NCBI GenBank assembly: GCA_009914755.4
Contig: CP086569.2
Location: 23,968,001 to 24,032,000, forward strand
Direction of reading: 5' to 3'
Origin: the human T2T-CHM13v2.0 reference genome, Homo sapiens
Length of the DNA: 64,000 nucleotides
Position numbers and translations under genes: made by a program. Shown piece by piece: positions 1 through 19,400 of the stretch. The notes beneath the pieces were generated by a model, which had not been told where the DNA came from, did not search any database, and saw nothing but the letters and a program-made list of their open reading frames with translations. Within the stretch, counting starts at the first letter, position 1. Every line of letters starts with the position of its first letter.

Positions 1-40
1 AGGGCAATATAGTAAGATTCTCTCTTAAAAAAAAATCTTT

Positions 41-530
<490 letters not shown>

Positions 531-1864
531 AACTATCTTCTGCTTTGAAAATCACTTAAGTACTACTGTAGACACCAATGTAATCAGAATTTTCGGCAAG
601 ATAAGCTGATGTACAATTCCAGTTCTTTCTTTTCTAAATTGTACTATCTATATAGAACGAAGCAACAAGAGAACAAATGTCAAATTTAAATATATTTACT
701 CCATGTTGCAAAGATGTTAAGAACTTAATTCTGCTATCTGGCTCTACTCTTCTACATTATACAGAAGATTCATAATATAACCCTTTAAAAAGGCTTAGGC
801 TTCATCCCATATCCATTCACAGACAAAAATAAGCTAGTTCTGTTGTAAGACACAAAGTGATGGTTAAACATTTTCTTTTGAATGTAAAGTGTGTAGCCAG
901 TTTTGACAAATCTGGCAGTTCCACTAAAGGTTAAATATGACTTAGCAATTCCATTCCCAAGTATATACGCAAGAGAGGTAAGCACGTATGTCCCCACAGT
1001 AACTTGTACATGAATGTTCACAGCATTAGTTATAACAGCTAAAAAGTGGAAATAATCCAAATGTCTTTAACAGATGAATGCATAAACAGAATAAGGTAAT
1101 ATCTACAAATAAAAAGAAATGATTAAGTTCTGATACGTGCTAGAATATTGATGAACCTTACAAACATTATGCTGAGTGAAAAAATCCAGTCACAAAATGC
1201 CACATCATTATGTATGATTCCATATACAAGAAATCTCCAGGACAGGAAAATCCTTAGAGGAAAAAAGTAAATTAGTGTTTGCCTAGGGATACACACAAGT
1301 TCCAGGAAAATAGCAGGTGACTGCTAAGGTACGGGGGTGATTTTTGAGGTGATTTAAGTATTCTAAAATTGATTGTGGACATGGTTGCACAACTTTGAAT
1401 ATATGAAAAAACAGTGAAGTGCACATTTTAAATACATAAATTGTATTACTGGTATTATTTTAATAAAATTGTTATTTAAAAAACACCTTCCCTTTATTAA
1501 CCATAATATTTTTCTCCCACCGGACTGACCAAGTTAGTTCTTTTTCGTATTTATAGACTTAGAACCACAGGGACCCAGAAACCTTTAGTCCTGTACCTTC
1601 TCATTTTAGACTTGTAAGAATTAGAGCCTTAATAAAAGATTTATCTATCCAACATGGATAGAAAGTGGGATCAGAAGTCAGATCTTTCTGGAATTCAACT
1701 AGCCACATTCTCTTCCGCTTCACCAACTCTGAATCAACCTCTCTTTCTACTCAACTTTTTACTGCTTCATTTTACCCCTTTTCTCCCTTCACACTGTTCA
1801 GGTGTATCATCTGAGTAAATCATTTCTTTTCTTCTCTTTAGTCCAATATGCATGTATTAAGTTC

Positions 1865-1865
<1 letters not shown>

Positions 1866-1905
<40 letters not shown>

Positions 1906-2192
1906 AGACAAGGTCTCTCACTCTGTTGCCCAGGCTGGACTACAACGGCACAATCATGGCTCAGTGCAGCCTCAACTTCCCAGGCTCAAGCGATCCTCCT
2001 GCCTCAGACTCCTCTGGAGTAGTTGGCACTACAGGCATGTACCATCACAACTGGCTGATTTTTGTATTTTTTTGTAGAGATGGTGTTTTGCCTTGTTACC
2101 CAGGGTGGCCTCGAACTCCTGAGCTCAAGCAATCCACCCACCTCAGCCCCCCAAAGTGTTGGGATTACAGGCGTGAGCCTCTGCACCCAGCC
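1866..2192 (-). mobile_element. Alu SINE in reverse orientation, preceded by a ~38-nt poly-T (its poly-A tail)
   Basis: (T)38 then 'gagacaaggtctctcactctgttgcccaggctgga...cccaaagtgttgggattacaggcgtgagcc', the reverse complement of the Alu consensus. Confidence 0.9.
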
Positions 2193-2419
2193 AAGATCTC
2201 CTTTCTGTATCTAAAATTTTATTTTACTATTTGGTCAAGGTAGTCAACTAACTCTCTTCTCTAGTAAACCCTTTCAATTACAAATTTCTGCTGCAGGATT
2301 CTTCCCTAAATTTGACTACATTATATCAAGGCTCGGCAGCAGAAAATATACTGCCAGGTAAAACCCACACTGGTTTACTGGGTTACAGTCAAATGCCAAC
2401 AGTTCAATTAAATGTTCTA

Positions 2420-2730
2420 GGCCGGGCACGGTGGCTCATGCCTGTAATCCCAGCACTTTGGGAGGCTGAGGCAGGTGGATCACGAGGTCAGGAGATCGAG
2501 ACCATCCTGGCTAACACGGTGAAACCCCGTCTCTACTAAAAATACAAAAAATTAGCTGGGCGTGGTGGTGGGCGCCTGTAGTCCCAGCTACTCGGAAGGC
2601 TGAGGCAGGAGAATGGCGTTAAGTAAACCTGGGAGGTGGAGCTTGCAGTGAGCCTAGATGGGGCCACTCACTGCACTCCAGCCTGGGCGACAGAGGAGAC
2701 TCCGTCTCAAAACAAAAAAAAAAGAAAAAA
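2420..2730 (+). mobile_element. Alu SINE (AluY/S-like)
   Basis: 'ggccgggcacggtggctcatgcctgtaatcccagcactttgggaggctgaggcaggtggatcacgaggtcaggagatcgagacc...gcctgggcgacagaggagactccgtctcaaaac' plus A-rich tail. Confidence 0.9.
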
Positions 2731-3071
2731 AATTCCTCTAAGAAAGCCCAAAATACATGTGCCACAAGGAAAACAGCTAACTTGAGAGGGAACAAGTGTG
2801 CTTTTTAATTATGCATGCCATTCCTTTCATACCTTGAAGCAGTCATCTTGAGTAACAACGGAATTTATCAGTCTCTTCTCTGGATTAAACAGACAAGATA
2901 CCACCATTTGTATGCTTCGGTCCACAGATTTCTGAAACACAGAAGTTTTCAGTAATGTAAAGACAACTCTTTCTTTCACTCACTCTTAATAAGGGTGTGT
3001 TTTGGTTTTTCTTTTGATGGTTTAATGAACATATCAGTTTATTTCCAAAGAAATGCAAAAATGCTAAAAGA

Positions 3072-3362
3072 GGCTGGGAGCAGTGGCTCACACCTCTAAT
3101 CCCAGCACTTTGGGAGGCCGAGGAGGACGCATCACCTGATATCAGGAGTTCAAGACTATCCTGGCCAACATGGCGAAACCCCTTCTCCACTAAAAAATAC
3201 AAAAATTAGCTGGGTGACGGGTGCCTGTAATTCCACCTATTGGGGAGGCTGAGGCAGGGAGAATTACTGGAACCTAGGAGACAGAAGTTGCAGTGAGCCG
3301 AGATCACACCACTGCACTTCCAGCCTGGGCGACACCGCAAGACCCTGTCTCAAAAAAAAAAG
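3072..3362 (+). mobile_element. Alu SINE (AluS-like)
   Basis: 'ggctgggagcagtggctcacacctctaatcccagcactttgggaggccgagg...ccagcctgggcgacaccgcaagaccctgtctcaaaaaaaaa'. Confidence 0.9.
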
Positions 3363-6300
3363 AAATTCATAAAAATGTGATTCATAATTCCTGCCACATA
3401 TCCTCAGTATGTACGTTTTCTGACAAATCGAAGAATTATTTTAGAACCTTAGCGATAGAATACTGGTTTAAAAAGCTGAATTTGTTAAATCCCTAAGTGA
3501 ATTCCAATGTTTCAAGAAAACATACTCAGAACAAAACCAGACAATTATACTGTAAGAGTTATGTTTTCATATTTATTCACATTTTAAAATCCAATATCAA
3601 ATCAAGGAATTTACACTGCAATGGGACTTCTTGGGTATTATACATATTACCAGCACATCAACTACTTCCACACGCCCACCTATCTAACAGAACATATGTG
3701 ACGCCAGGAGTGACAGTACTGTTATTACAGAAATTTGCACTAATGATAAAAAAAAGAAACAACCCTGTCTATTTCAGTGTTTGAATAATTACTACTGACT
3801 TCACCACTGTTGGAAACTTCTGCCACATATAATGTTATGGAGAGAATGCTTATTTAAATGGTATTTTTCACTGCTTAAGATCAAAACTGTTGTAAAAGAA
3901 AAGGGACATACAATTCGTACTAATTCTTCTTTTGAGTAGAATTCTAGAGGAAACCCTCCCATAGCATTCTGCCAAATCATATTAATACAGTATTTATTAA
4001 AGAATGGCTTTTTAAAATTAGTGAAACTGAAATACAGGAAAGGACTTGCTGAATCAGAAACTTTAGGTATATACTGAAAATTTGGGGTATCTGAAATTTC
4101 AACAACCTTTACATTAACTGCTGACTATCAGTCCATTATTTAAGCTCCATGATTTATGGCTAACATTTTTAAATTTGGGCAAAAATGTTTGCTTCTCAAA
4201 AAAAGTCATTCAAATTAGAAAAAAATATGAAATATATATTGTAAAAAAAATTCAAAATTAGATGTTTGCCTTTTGTGGGCCATTTCCAGAGGGTGGGGTA
4301 GCTTCATGAATTGAGCATTCATTTAGCACAACATCACCTCCTGTATCAACTTCACTACAGTGACAGTTAAGAGCTGAATAAGCCTATATTTAAAATAATG
4401 AAAGTGTAATTAAACAGATAATACAGATACGTTTAAAAGCTACTTATTTATTCCTCAAAAAGGTGAGCTGGTATCAAAAGTTTCAATGTAGGTTGTGTTG
4501 AAATTCAATTGTGTTACTTCAGAAACCTTGTTTTAAACGAAAAGTTGAAATGCATTAAGGCAGCCTTTTGTTTTAAAACGTCTTCCAGGTATCAACATAA
4601 TCAGAGGTAGAAGGATTCTAAGAAACAAATGTAGTTAAGGGAGTGTTTGAGAATTTTAACACTTACTATATCCTTCAAATATCCAATCGTGATGTAAGAC
4701 AGCAGCTCTGTTGTATTAGAGGTAATACTCTTGTTTTATTCCTATTCCTCTTTAAGAGTAATTAATAGCAAAACATTTCGGTTTCTCCTCAACAAATGTT
4801 TTATGGCTAGTAAAGCCAGAGGCATATTCTAGGCAGATACATGCTAATTCTAAAGCCAGTTAATACCGCCATTCCTGGATTATATAATCTATCAACAAGT
4901 AACTGAACACTTATCATTATGTGGACCAGCCACTGTTTCAGCACACAAAAATGTGAGAGACAAAAAGGCACTGTTGCTCCCATGGGAGTTTATAATTGGG
5001 TTAAAAATAAAGTAACAAAACATAAAACATTAATATAAAGAACCATTTAAAAATATCTACAGGCATATATGGCATAGAAAAAAGTCAAGAAAGATGAGGA
5101 AGTATACGTTTCACTAATTCACTTTACTCCATAACCCCTTTTGCTCCCCAACAGGCCACTGCGGTAGCACCTTAAAAAAATAAAAAGAAGGAAACCAAAA
5201 CTATTAAAATATTCCTACACATTTTCAAAAACTCATGAGATACACAATATTGAAGCACTTATCATGCTGGCTCATTTGTTATTAAAGTGAAAGAAACAGA
5301 GTAAAAAAAAAAAAAGAAGTACTTTATGTTTCTAATCCCTGATGTTCTTGTTACTTTTATACATAAAACCTCGCCATTTTCCCAATTTTCTGGAGTTGGC
5401 ATTGTGGAAATCTCAAGGATACTAGTTTTTTCAATTTATTACTTATCACCATAGATATGATTATGGGTCACAGATGTAGTCATATCTATGAAAAGAGGCC
5501 CAGAGAACTACTATCATGAAGCAGCAAGCTTAAAATAAAAATATAATTGGAATTCTGTGCTCTAAGAATGGGATGATAAAAAGATGAAAAAGATGAAAAA
5601 ATACACGCTGAAATATAGAAGGGGACAACGAATCTCAGAAAACTGTTTTACAGAAAAGTTATTGCTAAGTATATCCCTGTCAAAATGTTAATTCATTACT
5701 TCTAAATAATACAGAGGGCTTCATTCTAGACCATTGCAAGTGTTTTCCTAAATTTTAGGTACATTTCACTAGTTTAAAATGACACACTATTTGGGAAATT
5801 CATATAAACAAGTTAAAGGCTTCAATAATATCTGAAAACAAATCATTTTACTCCCTCTTCAATTACCTGATAATTACATACAGGCAACTGACACCCAGTG
5901 GTGACCTGACCTGGTGAATTTGGATAAGTAGGATATGTCTGAAAGTAAGTTTACAGAAAGAATGAATATGGTAAAACATCTTTTTAAATTAGAAAAAAAT
6001 ATTATTCCCAAAATAAAAAAAATGAAAAACTTTAAAATATTTATTAATTTTCTATATAAAACAATGCAGAATTCTAAATGAATGAATGACTTCAGGAAGA
6101 AATAAATATTCTCTGTCAAGTGCTAAGCCCCTTTGGGTGGGGCGGGGGAACACACAAATGACAAAGTAGTGACTATTTCACCAGGCAAAGTTCACCTTAC
6201 TGACACTGTGTACTTATGCCCACCCAGAAGTTGTTTCTTACACTGCTGGTAAGGCTCCATTAAGACAGATCTCAATGTAAGTTAAGTTAATACATTTGCT

Positions 6301-9300
6301 ATTTCTTTGTCAATATACTTCCAGATAGTTTTGTGTTTGACAATATTACAGGGTAATATGTAGTTCTCCTACAGATGTTATGTTTTTTTTCTGTACTTCA
6401 TTTCGAAAAACTAAGGGCAGTGTACAATCCAAAACTGGAGAAGGACAGTACGATGTCTTATATGTTTCGATAAATACTTATTGTTTGAAAACATATAGGA
6501 AGCAGCATACATGAATACACCCAAATTCAGTAATGGCTCACCGTAAATGTTAGAAACAAGTAGGGCTTTGTCTCTAGCCATTGTTCAGAGAAGAAAAAAG
6601 AAGAAGAGGTATATCCTACACATTTCAAGTACACAGAAAATGTCAATAAATGAGAGACACTGAAGAACTATTTCACTACTATTTTGTTACTTTATTTTCC
6701 ATCAAAGAAAATGTCTTTTAAACTAACACATAAATAAAATGGACTAAGAAGAAAACAGACGTTATTTATCACCAATAAGTGATAGAGTATGTCAAATCCT
6801 ACTTTAAATATCAAAGTAATCAGGATCAGAGAAATTACATGCCAGAAATTCACAGGATTTATAGGTACAGTAAAATAGGTCAGAAATCTATACATTCCAG
6901 ACCGAGAATATATCCCGAAGTCAGCAGTTTATATGAGGAGTCAACTGGAAATCATTGCAAGTAAAGAAGAGCTAGATTAATCGCTATCCTTAAAGAATAA
7001 ACTAGGCAGAAACATTAGAACAGCTGCTTTCAAATGTTTTCAGAACTAGGTATAATGGGGGAAAGAAGTTCAGGTATTTTAGAGGTAATACTCTTTTTTT
7101 ATTCCTATTCTTATTTAAGAGTAATTAACAGCAAAACATTTCTGTTTCTCTTCAACAAATTTTTTGTGGCTGGTAAAACCAGAGGCAGACCCTACGCAGA
7201 TACATGCTAATTCTAAAGTGACATTAATACTATCTTTCTTAGATTACACAGTCTATCAACAAGTAACTGAACACTTATTATGTGGACCAGCCACTCCTTA
7301 AGCACACAAAAACCTGAGAGAGAAAAAGGCACTGTTGCACCCATGGGAGATTGTAACTGGGTTAAAAAGAAAGTAACAAAATGTAACACATTAATATAAA
7401 GAATCATTTAAAATATTTATAAGGCATAAATGATATGGAAAATAATCCAGAAAGAACAGAAGTACATGGTAGGCTAATTCACTTTACCAGAGGTACAACC
7501 TACCTCCTTTGCTCCCCAACAGGGCACTGCGGTGGCATCTTAAAAAAAAAATAGGAAAACAAAATTATTCAAATATTCATAAACATTTTCAAAAACAAAT
7601 GATATATAAAATATTGAAGTACCTATGCTGGCTCCTTTGTTATTATAATAAAAGAAAGACAATGGAAAAAAAGAAGTACTTTATGGTTCTAATTCCTGAC
7701 ATTCTTGTTGTTACTTCCACATACAAATACGAAACCACACCTTTTCCCCAATTTTTGGATTTGGCATTGTGGAAATCTCAAAGATGTTACTACTTTGAAC
7801 TTATTATGCTACATATGATTATTGGTCATAGATAGAGTCCTCTCTACTATGAAAAGAGAACCAGACAACAATTGTCGGGAAACAGCCTACTAAATGAAAC
7901 TATAATTTGAATTATGTGCTCTAAGAATTGGGTAATAATTTTATTTACTCTATATCCCTAAAAAATTCATGAAAGTCATTCTGGAGGTTTCATTCAGCTA
8001 TTTGACAGCAAAGATGAAAACTATATCCTGAAATATAGAAGGGTCAAATCTCAGAAAACTGTTCTACAGAAAAGTTATTGCCAAGTACATTCCTGTCAAA
8101 ATATTACTTCATTACTTCTAAATCAGACAGAGGTCTTCATTCTACACTAATTCTAAGTGTTTCCTTAAATATTAGGTACACTTCACTAGTTTAAAATGAC
8201 CAACTATTCAGGAAATTTGTATAAACAAGTTAAAGGCCTCAATAATACCTGAAAGCAAATCATTTCATTCCTTCTTACATTACCTGGTAATTGTATACAT
8301 GGAACTGATATCCAGTGGTGACCTGAACTGCTGAATTTGGATAAGCAGGAAATGCCTGAAAAGAAAGGTGGCAGAAAAAAAAGAATATGGTAAACCATTT
8401 TTTAAAATTAGAAAGAAATATCATTCCCAATGTAACAAAAATATTAAAAACGTTAAAATATCATTTTTCTACATACAACAATGCAGAATTCTAAATGAAT
8501 GACTGACTTTATGAAGAAAGAAATAGTCTATGTCATGTGCCACACTTTGGGTGTGAAGGGGGAACAAATGACAAAAGAATTGACTATTTCACCAAAGTTT
8601 ACCTTATACTGTGTACTTATTCACACCCAGAAATTCTTTCTTACACCGGTGATAAGGCTCCATTAAGACAGATTGCAATGTAAGTTAAATTTATACATTT
8701 GCTATTTCAATGTCAGAATATTTCTAGACTGTTTTGTATCAGACAATATTAAAGGGTAATATGTAGTTCTATAGATATTAGTGCTATGTTTGTACTTCAT
8801 TCCAAAAAACTAAGTGCAGTCTATAATCCAATACTGGAGAAGAGAAAGTATAATGTCTTATATGTTTCAATGAATTCTTATTGTTTGAAAACATACAGGT
8901 AGCAGCATACATGAATATGCCCTGATTCAGTAATGCCGCACAGTAAATGACAGAAACAAGTAGGGCTTTTTTTCCAGCCATTGTTCAGAGAAGGAAAAAG
9001 AAGAGGTATACCACACATGTTTCAAGTACATGGAAAACATCAACAAATTAGAGACACTGCAGAACTATTGGACTATTATTTTGTTACTTCATTTTCCGTC
9101 AAAGAAAATGTCTTTAAAGCTAACACATAAATAAAACGAACTAAGAAGAATATAAACGTCCTTTATCAACATTAAGTGATGGAGTATGTCAAAACCTACT
9201 TTAAATATCAGTGTAAGCAGGATCAGAGAAATTAGATGCAAGAAGCTCACGGGATTTATATACCTACTAAACCACATCAGAAATCTACCCATTCCCGAAC

Positions 9301-10847
9301 CAGAATATATCCAGAAGTCAGCAATTTATATGAGGAGGCATCTGGAAATCATTTCAAATAAAGGGTAGCTAGATGAACTGTTAAACTTACCGAAGAATGA
9401 AGTAGGCAGACACATAAGGAGAGCTGCTTTCATTCACTTTAGGAACTGGTTATAAGGAGGAAAGCAGCTCTGGTGCTTTGGAGGTAATACTCTCGTTTAC
9501 TCCTATTCTTATTTAAGCGCAATTAACAGCAAAGCATTTCTGTCTCTGTTCTACAAATTTTCTGTTGCTGGTAAAGCCAGAGGCAGAATCTACGCAGATG
9601 CATGCTAATTCAAAAGCCACATGAATACTACCTTTCTTTGATGATATGGTCTATCATTAAGTGGACCTGCCATTGCTTAAGCAAGTAAAAACCTCAGGGC
9701 AAAAAAGGCACTGTTGCTCCCATGGGAGTTTACAATCGGGTTAACAAGAAAGTAAAAAAATAAACTAAAACATTGATATAAAAATCACTTAAAAATAGTA
9801 ATAGGCATATACGACGTGGAAAAAAACCAAGAATGAACAGGAAGTCTATGTTTGGCTAATTCACTTAACATCAAGGAAAACATAATCCCTTTGCTCCCCA
9901 ACAGGCCCCTATGGTGGCATCTTGAAAAAAAAAGGGGGGTGGGGGAGGAGCCAAGATGGCCGAATAGGAACAGCTCCAGTCTACAGCTCCCAGCGTGAGC
10001 GACGCCGAAGACGGGTGATTTCTGCATTTCCATCTGAGGTACCGGGTTCATCTCACTAGGGAGTGCCAGACAGTGGGCGCAGGTCAGTGGGTGGGCTCAC
10101 CGCGTGCGAGCGGAAGCAGGGCGAGGCATTGCCTCACTTGGGACGCGCAAGCGGTCAGGGAGTTCCCTTCTGAGTCAAAGAAAGGGGTGACGGATGCCAC
10201 CTGGAGAATCGGGTCACTCCCACCCGAATACTGCGCTTTTCCGACGGGCTTAAAAAACGGCACACCACTAGATTATATCCCGCACCTGGCTCGGAGGGTC
10301 CTACGCCCACGCAGTCTCACTGATTGCTAGCACAGCAGTCTGAGATCAAACTGCAAGGCGGCAACGAGGCTGGGGGAGGGGCGCCCGCCATTGCCCAGGC
10401 TTGATTAGGTAAACAAAGCCGCAGGGAAGCTCCAACTGGGTGGAGCCCACCACAGCTCAAGGAGGCCTGCCTGCCTCTGTAGGCTCCACCTCTAGGGGCA
10501 GGGCACAGACAAACAAAAAGACAGCAGTAACCTCTGCAGACTTAAATGACCCTGTCTGACAGCTTTGAAGAGAGCAGTGGTTCTCCCAGCACGCAGCTGG
10601 AGATCTGAGAACGGGCAGACTGCCTCGTCAAGTGGGTCCCTGACCCCTGACCCCCCGAGCAGCCTAACTGGGAGGCACCCCCCAGCAGGGGCACACTGAC
10701 ACCTCACACGGCAGGGTATTCCAACAGACCTGCAGCTGAGGGTCCTCTCAGTTAGAAGGAAAACTAACAAACAGAAAGGACATCCACACCAAAAACCCAT
10801 CTGTACATCACCATCATCAAAGACCAAAAGTAGATAAAACCACAAAG

Positions 10848-11866
10848 AGGGGGAAAAAACAGAACAGAAAAACTGGAAACTCTAAAAAGCAGAGCACCTC
10901 TCCTCCTCCAAAGGAACGCAGTTCCTCACCAGCAACGGAACAAAGCTGGATGGAGAATGACTTTGACGAGCTGAGAGAAGAAGGCTTCAGACGATCAAAT
11001 TACTCTGAGCTACGGGAGGACATTCAAACCAAAGGCAAAGAAGTTGAAAACTTTGGAAAAAAAAATGTAGAAGAATGTATAACTAGAATAACCAATACAG
11101 AGAAGTGCTTAAAGGAGCTGATGGAGCTGAAAACCAAGGCTCAAGAACTACGTGAAGAATGCAGAAGCCTCAGGAGCTGATGCGATCAACTGGAAGAAAG
11201 GGTATCAGCAATGGAAGATGAAATGAATGAAATGAAGTGAGAAGGGAAGTTTGGAGAAAAAAGAATAAAACGAAATGAGCAAAGCCTCCAAGAAATATGG
11301 GACTATGTGAAAAGACCAAATCTACGTCTGCTTGGTGTACCTGAAAGTGATCAGGAGAATGGAACCAAGCTGGAAAACACTCTGCAGGATATTATCCAGG
11401 AGAACTTCCCCAATCTAGCAAGGCAGGCCAACGTTCAGATTCAGGAAATACAGAGAACGCCACAAAGATACTCCTCGAGAAGAGCAACTCCAAGACACAT
11501 AATTGTCAGATTCACCAAAGTTGAAATGAAGGAAAAAATGTTAAGGGCAGCCAGAGAGAAAGGTCGGGTTACCCTCAAAGGGAAGCCCATCAGACTAACA
11601 GTGGATCTCTCGGCAGAAACCCTACAAGCCAGAAGAGAGTGGGGGCCAATATTCAACATTCTTAAAGAAAATAATTTTCAACCCAGAATTTCATATCCAG
11701 CCAAACTAAGCTTCATAAGCGAAGGAGAAATAAAATACTTTACAGACAAGCAAATGCTGAGAGATTTTGTCACCACCAAGCCTGCCTTATAAGAGCTCCT
11801 GAAGGAAGCACTAAACATGGAAAGGAACAACCGGTACCAGCCGCTGCAAAATCATGCCAAAATGTA
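10848..11866 (+). pseudogene. L1 ORF1 (ORF1p RNA-binding protein), pseudogenised
   Basis: Track ORFs 10950-11180 and 11307-11792 lie in one frame and resemble ORF1p (…EEGFRRSNYSELREDIQTKGKEVENF…, …KRPNLRLLGVPESDQENGTKLENTLQDIIQENFPNLARQANVQIQEIQRTPQRYSSRRATPRHIIVRFTKVEMKEKMLRAAREKGRVTLKGKPIRLT…). The start context 'ccacaaagaggggg' has lost the ATG (AGG). In-frame TGA stops sit at ~11178 and ~11237, in CGA>TGA contexts. Confidence 0.85.
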
Positions 11867-11930
11867 AAGACCATCGAGACTAGGAAGAAACTGCATCAAC
11901 TAACAAGCAAAATAACCAGCTAACATCATA

Positions 11931-15758
<3,828 letters not shown>

Positions 15759-16459
15759 ACAATGAGATCACATGGACACAGGAAGGGATATATCACACTC
15801 TGGGGACTGTTGTGGGGTGGGGGGAGGGGGGAGGGATAGCACTGGGAGATATACCTAATGCTAGATGAGGAGTTAGAGGGTGCAGAGCACCAGCATGGCA
15901 CATGTATACATATGGAACTAACCTGCACAATGTGCACATGGACCCTAAAACTTAAAGCATAATTTTTTAAAAAAAAAGAATTGACTACTTCACCAAAGTT
16001 TACCTTATACTGTGTACTTATTCACACCCAGAAGTTATTTCTTACACTGGTGATAAGGCTCCATTAAGACAGATTGCAATGTAAGTTAAATTAATACATT
16101 TGCAATTTTGCTGTAAGAATATTTCTAGACTGTTTTGTATCAGACAATATTATAGGGTAATATGTAGTTCTATAGATGTTATGGCTTTGTCTGTACTTCA
16201 TTCCAAAAAACTAAGTGCAGTCTATAATCCAATACTGGAGAAGAGGAAGTATAATGTCTTATATGTTTCAATAAATGCTTATTGTTTGAAAACATACAGG
16301 CAGTAGCATACATGAATACACCCAGATTCAGTAATGGCTCACAGTAAATGACAGTAACAAGTAGAGCTTTTCTTCTACCCATTGTTCAGAGAAGGAAAAA
16401 TAAGAGGTATACCATACATGTTTCAAGTACATGGAAAATATCAACAAATTAGAAACACT

Positions 16460-19400
16460 GCAGAACTATTTCACTATTATTTTGTTACTACATTTTCCAT
16501 CAAAGAAAATGTCTTTTAAGCTAACACATCAATGAAATGAACTAAGAAGAATATAAACGTTATTTATCAACAGTAAGTGATAGAGTATGTCAAACCCTAC
16601 TTTAAATATCAATGTCACCAGGATCAGAGAAATTAGATGCCAGAAACTCAAGCGGTTTATATATATATACTAAATCACATCAGAAATCTACCCATTCCAG
16701 AACCAGAATATATCCAGAAGTCAGCAATTTATATGAGGAGGCATCTGGAAATCATTTCAAATAAAGGATAGCTAGATGAATTGCTAAACTTACGGAAGAA
16801 TAAAGTAGGCAGACACATAAGGAGAGCTGCTTTCATTCACTTTAGGAACTGCTTATACGGGGGAAAGCTGCTCTGGTGATTTGCAGGTAATACTCTCCTT
16901 TACTTCTATTCTTATTTAAGCATAATTAACAGCAAAGCATTTCTGTTTCTCTTCTATAAATTTACTACTGCTGGTAAAGCCAGAGGCAGATTCTATGCAG
17001 CTACATGCTAATTCTAAAGTCACGTGAATATTACCTTTCTTTGATTATATAGTCTATCATTATGTGGAGCTGCCATTGCTTAAGCACATAAAACCCTGAG
17101 GGCAAAAAAGGCACTGTTGCTGCCATGGGAGTTTATACTCGGGTTAACAAGAAAGTAACAACAACAACAACAAACATTAATATAGAGAGTCACTTAAAAA
17201 TATTTATAGGCATATATGACATGGAAAAAAAATCAAGAATGAACAGGAAGTCTATGTTTGGCTAATTCCCTTAACGTCAAGGACAACATAATCCCTTTGC
17301 TCCCCAACAGGCCCCTAAGGTGGCATCTTTAAAAAAAAAAAAAAAAAAAGGAAACCAAAACTATTAAACTATTCCTACATATTTTCAAACACACATGAGA
17401 AACACAGTATTGAAGTACTTATTCCGCTGTCTCCTTTTTTATTATAATAAAAGTAACAGAAAGGAAAACTTAAGTACTTTATGTTTCTTGTCCATGACAT
17501 TCTTGTTACTTTAAATTTGAATCTTCACCTTTCTCCAAATTTTTGGGAGTTGGCAATGTGGAAACCTCAAAAATACTAGCTCTTTCAGTTTATTACCATA
17601 GATATAGTTATGGGTCATAGATATACTTGTATCTATGAGAAGAGATCCTGAGAATGACTACCGTCAAACAGCCAGCTAAAATGAAAATATAATTGGAATT
17701 CTGTGCTCTGAAAAGTGGATCATAATTTTATTTCACTCTATCTCCCTAAAAAAATTCATGAAAGTCAGTTTGGATGTTTCATTCAGCTATTTGACAGCAA
17801 AGATGAAAACTATATCCACAAATGAAGAAGGGGACACCAAATCTCAGAAATCTCTTCTACACAAATGTTATTGCCAAGGATATTCCTGTAAAAATATTAC
17901 TTCATTACTTCTAAATAAGACAGAGGTCTTCATTCTACACTAAGTCTTTCCTTAAATTTTAGGGACACTTCACTAGTTAAAAATGACCAACTATTCAGGA
18001 AATTTCTATAAACAAGTTAAAGGCCTCAATAATACCTGAAAGCAAACCATTTTACTACCTCTTACATTACCTGATAATTGTATACAGGCAACTGATATCC
18101 AGTGGTGACCTGAACTGGTGAATTTGGATAAGCAGGAAATGCCTGAAAAGGTTGCAGAAAAAATGAATATGGTAAACCACATTTTAAAATTAGAAAGAAA
18201 TATAATTCCCAATATAAGAAAAATATTACAAAACGGAAAATATCCTTTTTCTACATACAACAATGCAGAATTCCAAATGAATGACTTTATGAGGAAAGAA
18301 AGATTCTATGTCAAGTGCTACACTTTGGGTGTGAAGGGGGAACAAATGACAAAGAACTGACTACTTCACCAAAATTTACCTTATACTGTGTACTTATTCA
18401 CACCCAGAAATTATGTCTTACACTGGTGATAAGGTTCCACTAAGACAGATTGCAATGTAAGGTAAATCAATACATTTGCAATTTCGCTGTAAGAATATTT
18501 CCAGACTGTTTTGTATCAGACAATATTGTAGGGTAATATGTAGTTCTATAGATGTTATGGCTTTGTCTGTATTTCATTCCAAAAAACTAATTGCAGTCTA
18601 TATTCCAATACTGGAGAATAAAAAGTATAATGTCTGACATGTTTCAACAAATTCTTATTGTTTGAAAACATACAGGTAGCAGCATACATGAATACACCCA
18701 GAATCACTAATGCCTCACAGTAAACGAGAGAAACAAGTAGGGCTTTTTTTCTAGCCATGGTTCAGAGAAGGAAAAAGAAGAGGTATACCATACATGTTTC
18801 AAGTACATGGAAAATATCAACAAATTAGAGACACAGCAGAACGATTTCACTATTATTTCATTACTTCATTTTCTGTCAAAGAAAATGTCTTTTAAGCTAA
18901 CACATCAATGAAATGAACTAAGAAGAAAATAAACGATATTTATCAACAGTAAGTGACACACTATGTCAAACCCTACTTTAAATATCAATGTAACCACGAT
19001 CAGAGAAATTACATGCCAGAAACTCACCGGGTTTATATATATATACTAAACCACGTCAGAAATCTGCCCATTCCAGAACCAGAATATATCCAGAAGTCAG
19101 CCATTTATATGAGGAGGCATGTGGCAATCATTTCAAATAAAGGATAGCTAGATAAACTGCTAAACTTACCGAAGAATAAAGTAGGCAGACACATAAGGAG
19201 AGCTGCTTTCATTCACTTTAGGAACTGCTTATAAGGGGGAAAGCAGCTCCGGTGAGTTGGAGGTAATACTCTCCTTTACTCCTATTCTTATTTAGGCGTC
19301 ATTAACAGCAAAGCATTTCTGTTTCTCTTCTATAAATTTTCTACTGCTGGTAAAGCCAGAGGCATATTCTGTGCAGACACATGCTAATTCTAAAGTCACG

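Noticed and set aside
1848-2243. 131-aa ORF '[19 protein letters not shown]…'
   Set aside because: It is a translation of a poly-T tract plus a reverse-oriented Alu.
10073-10845. ORFs in the 10.0-10.9 kb region
   Set aside because: This is the L1 5'UTR, which is GC-rich internal promoter sequence. The 'M' at 10073 is a GTG.
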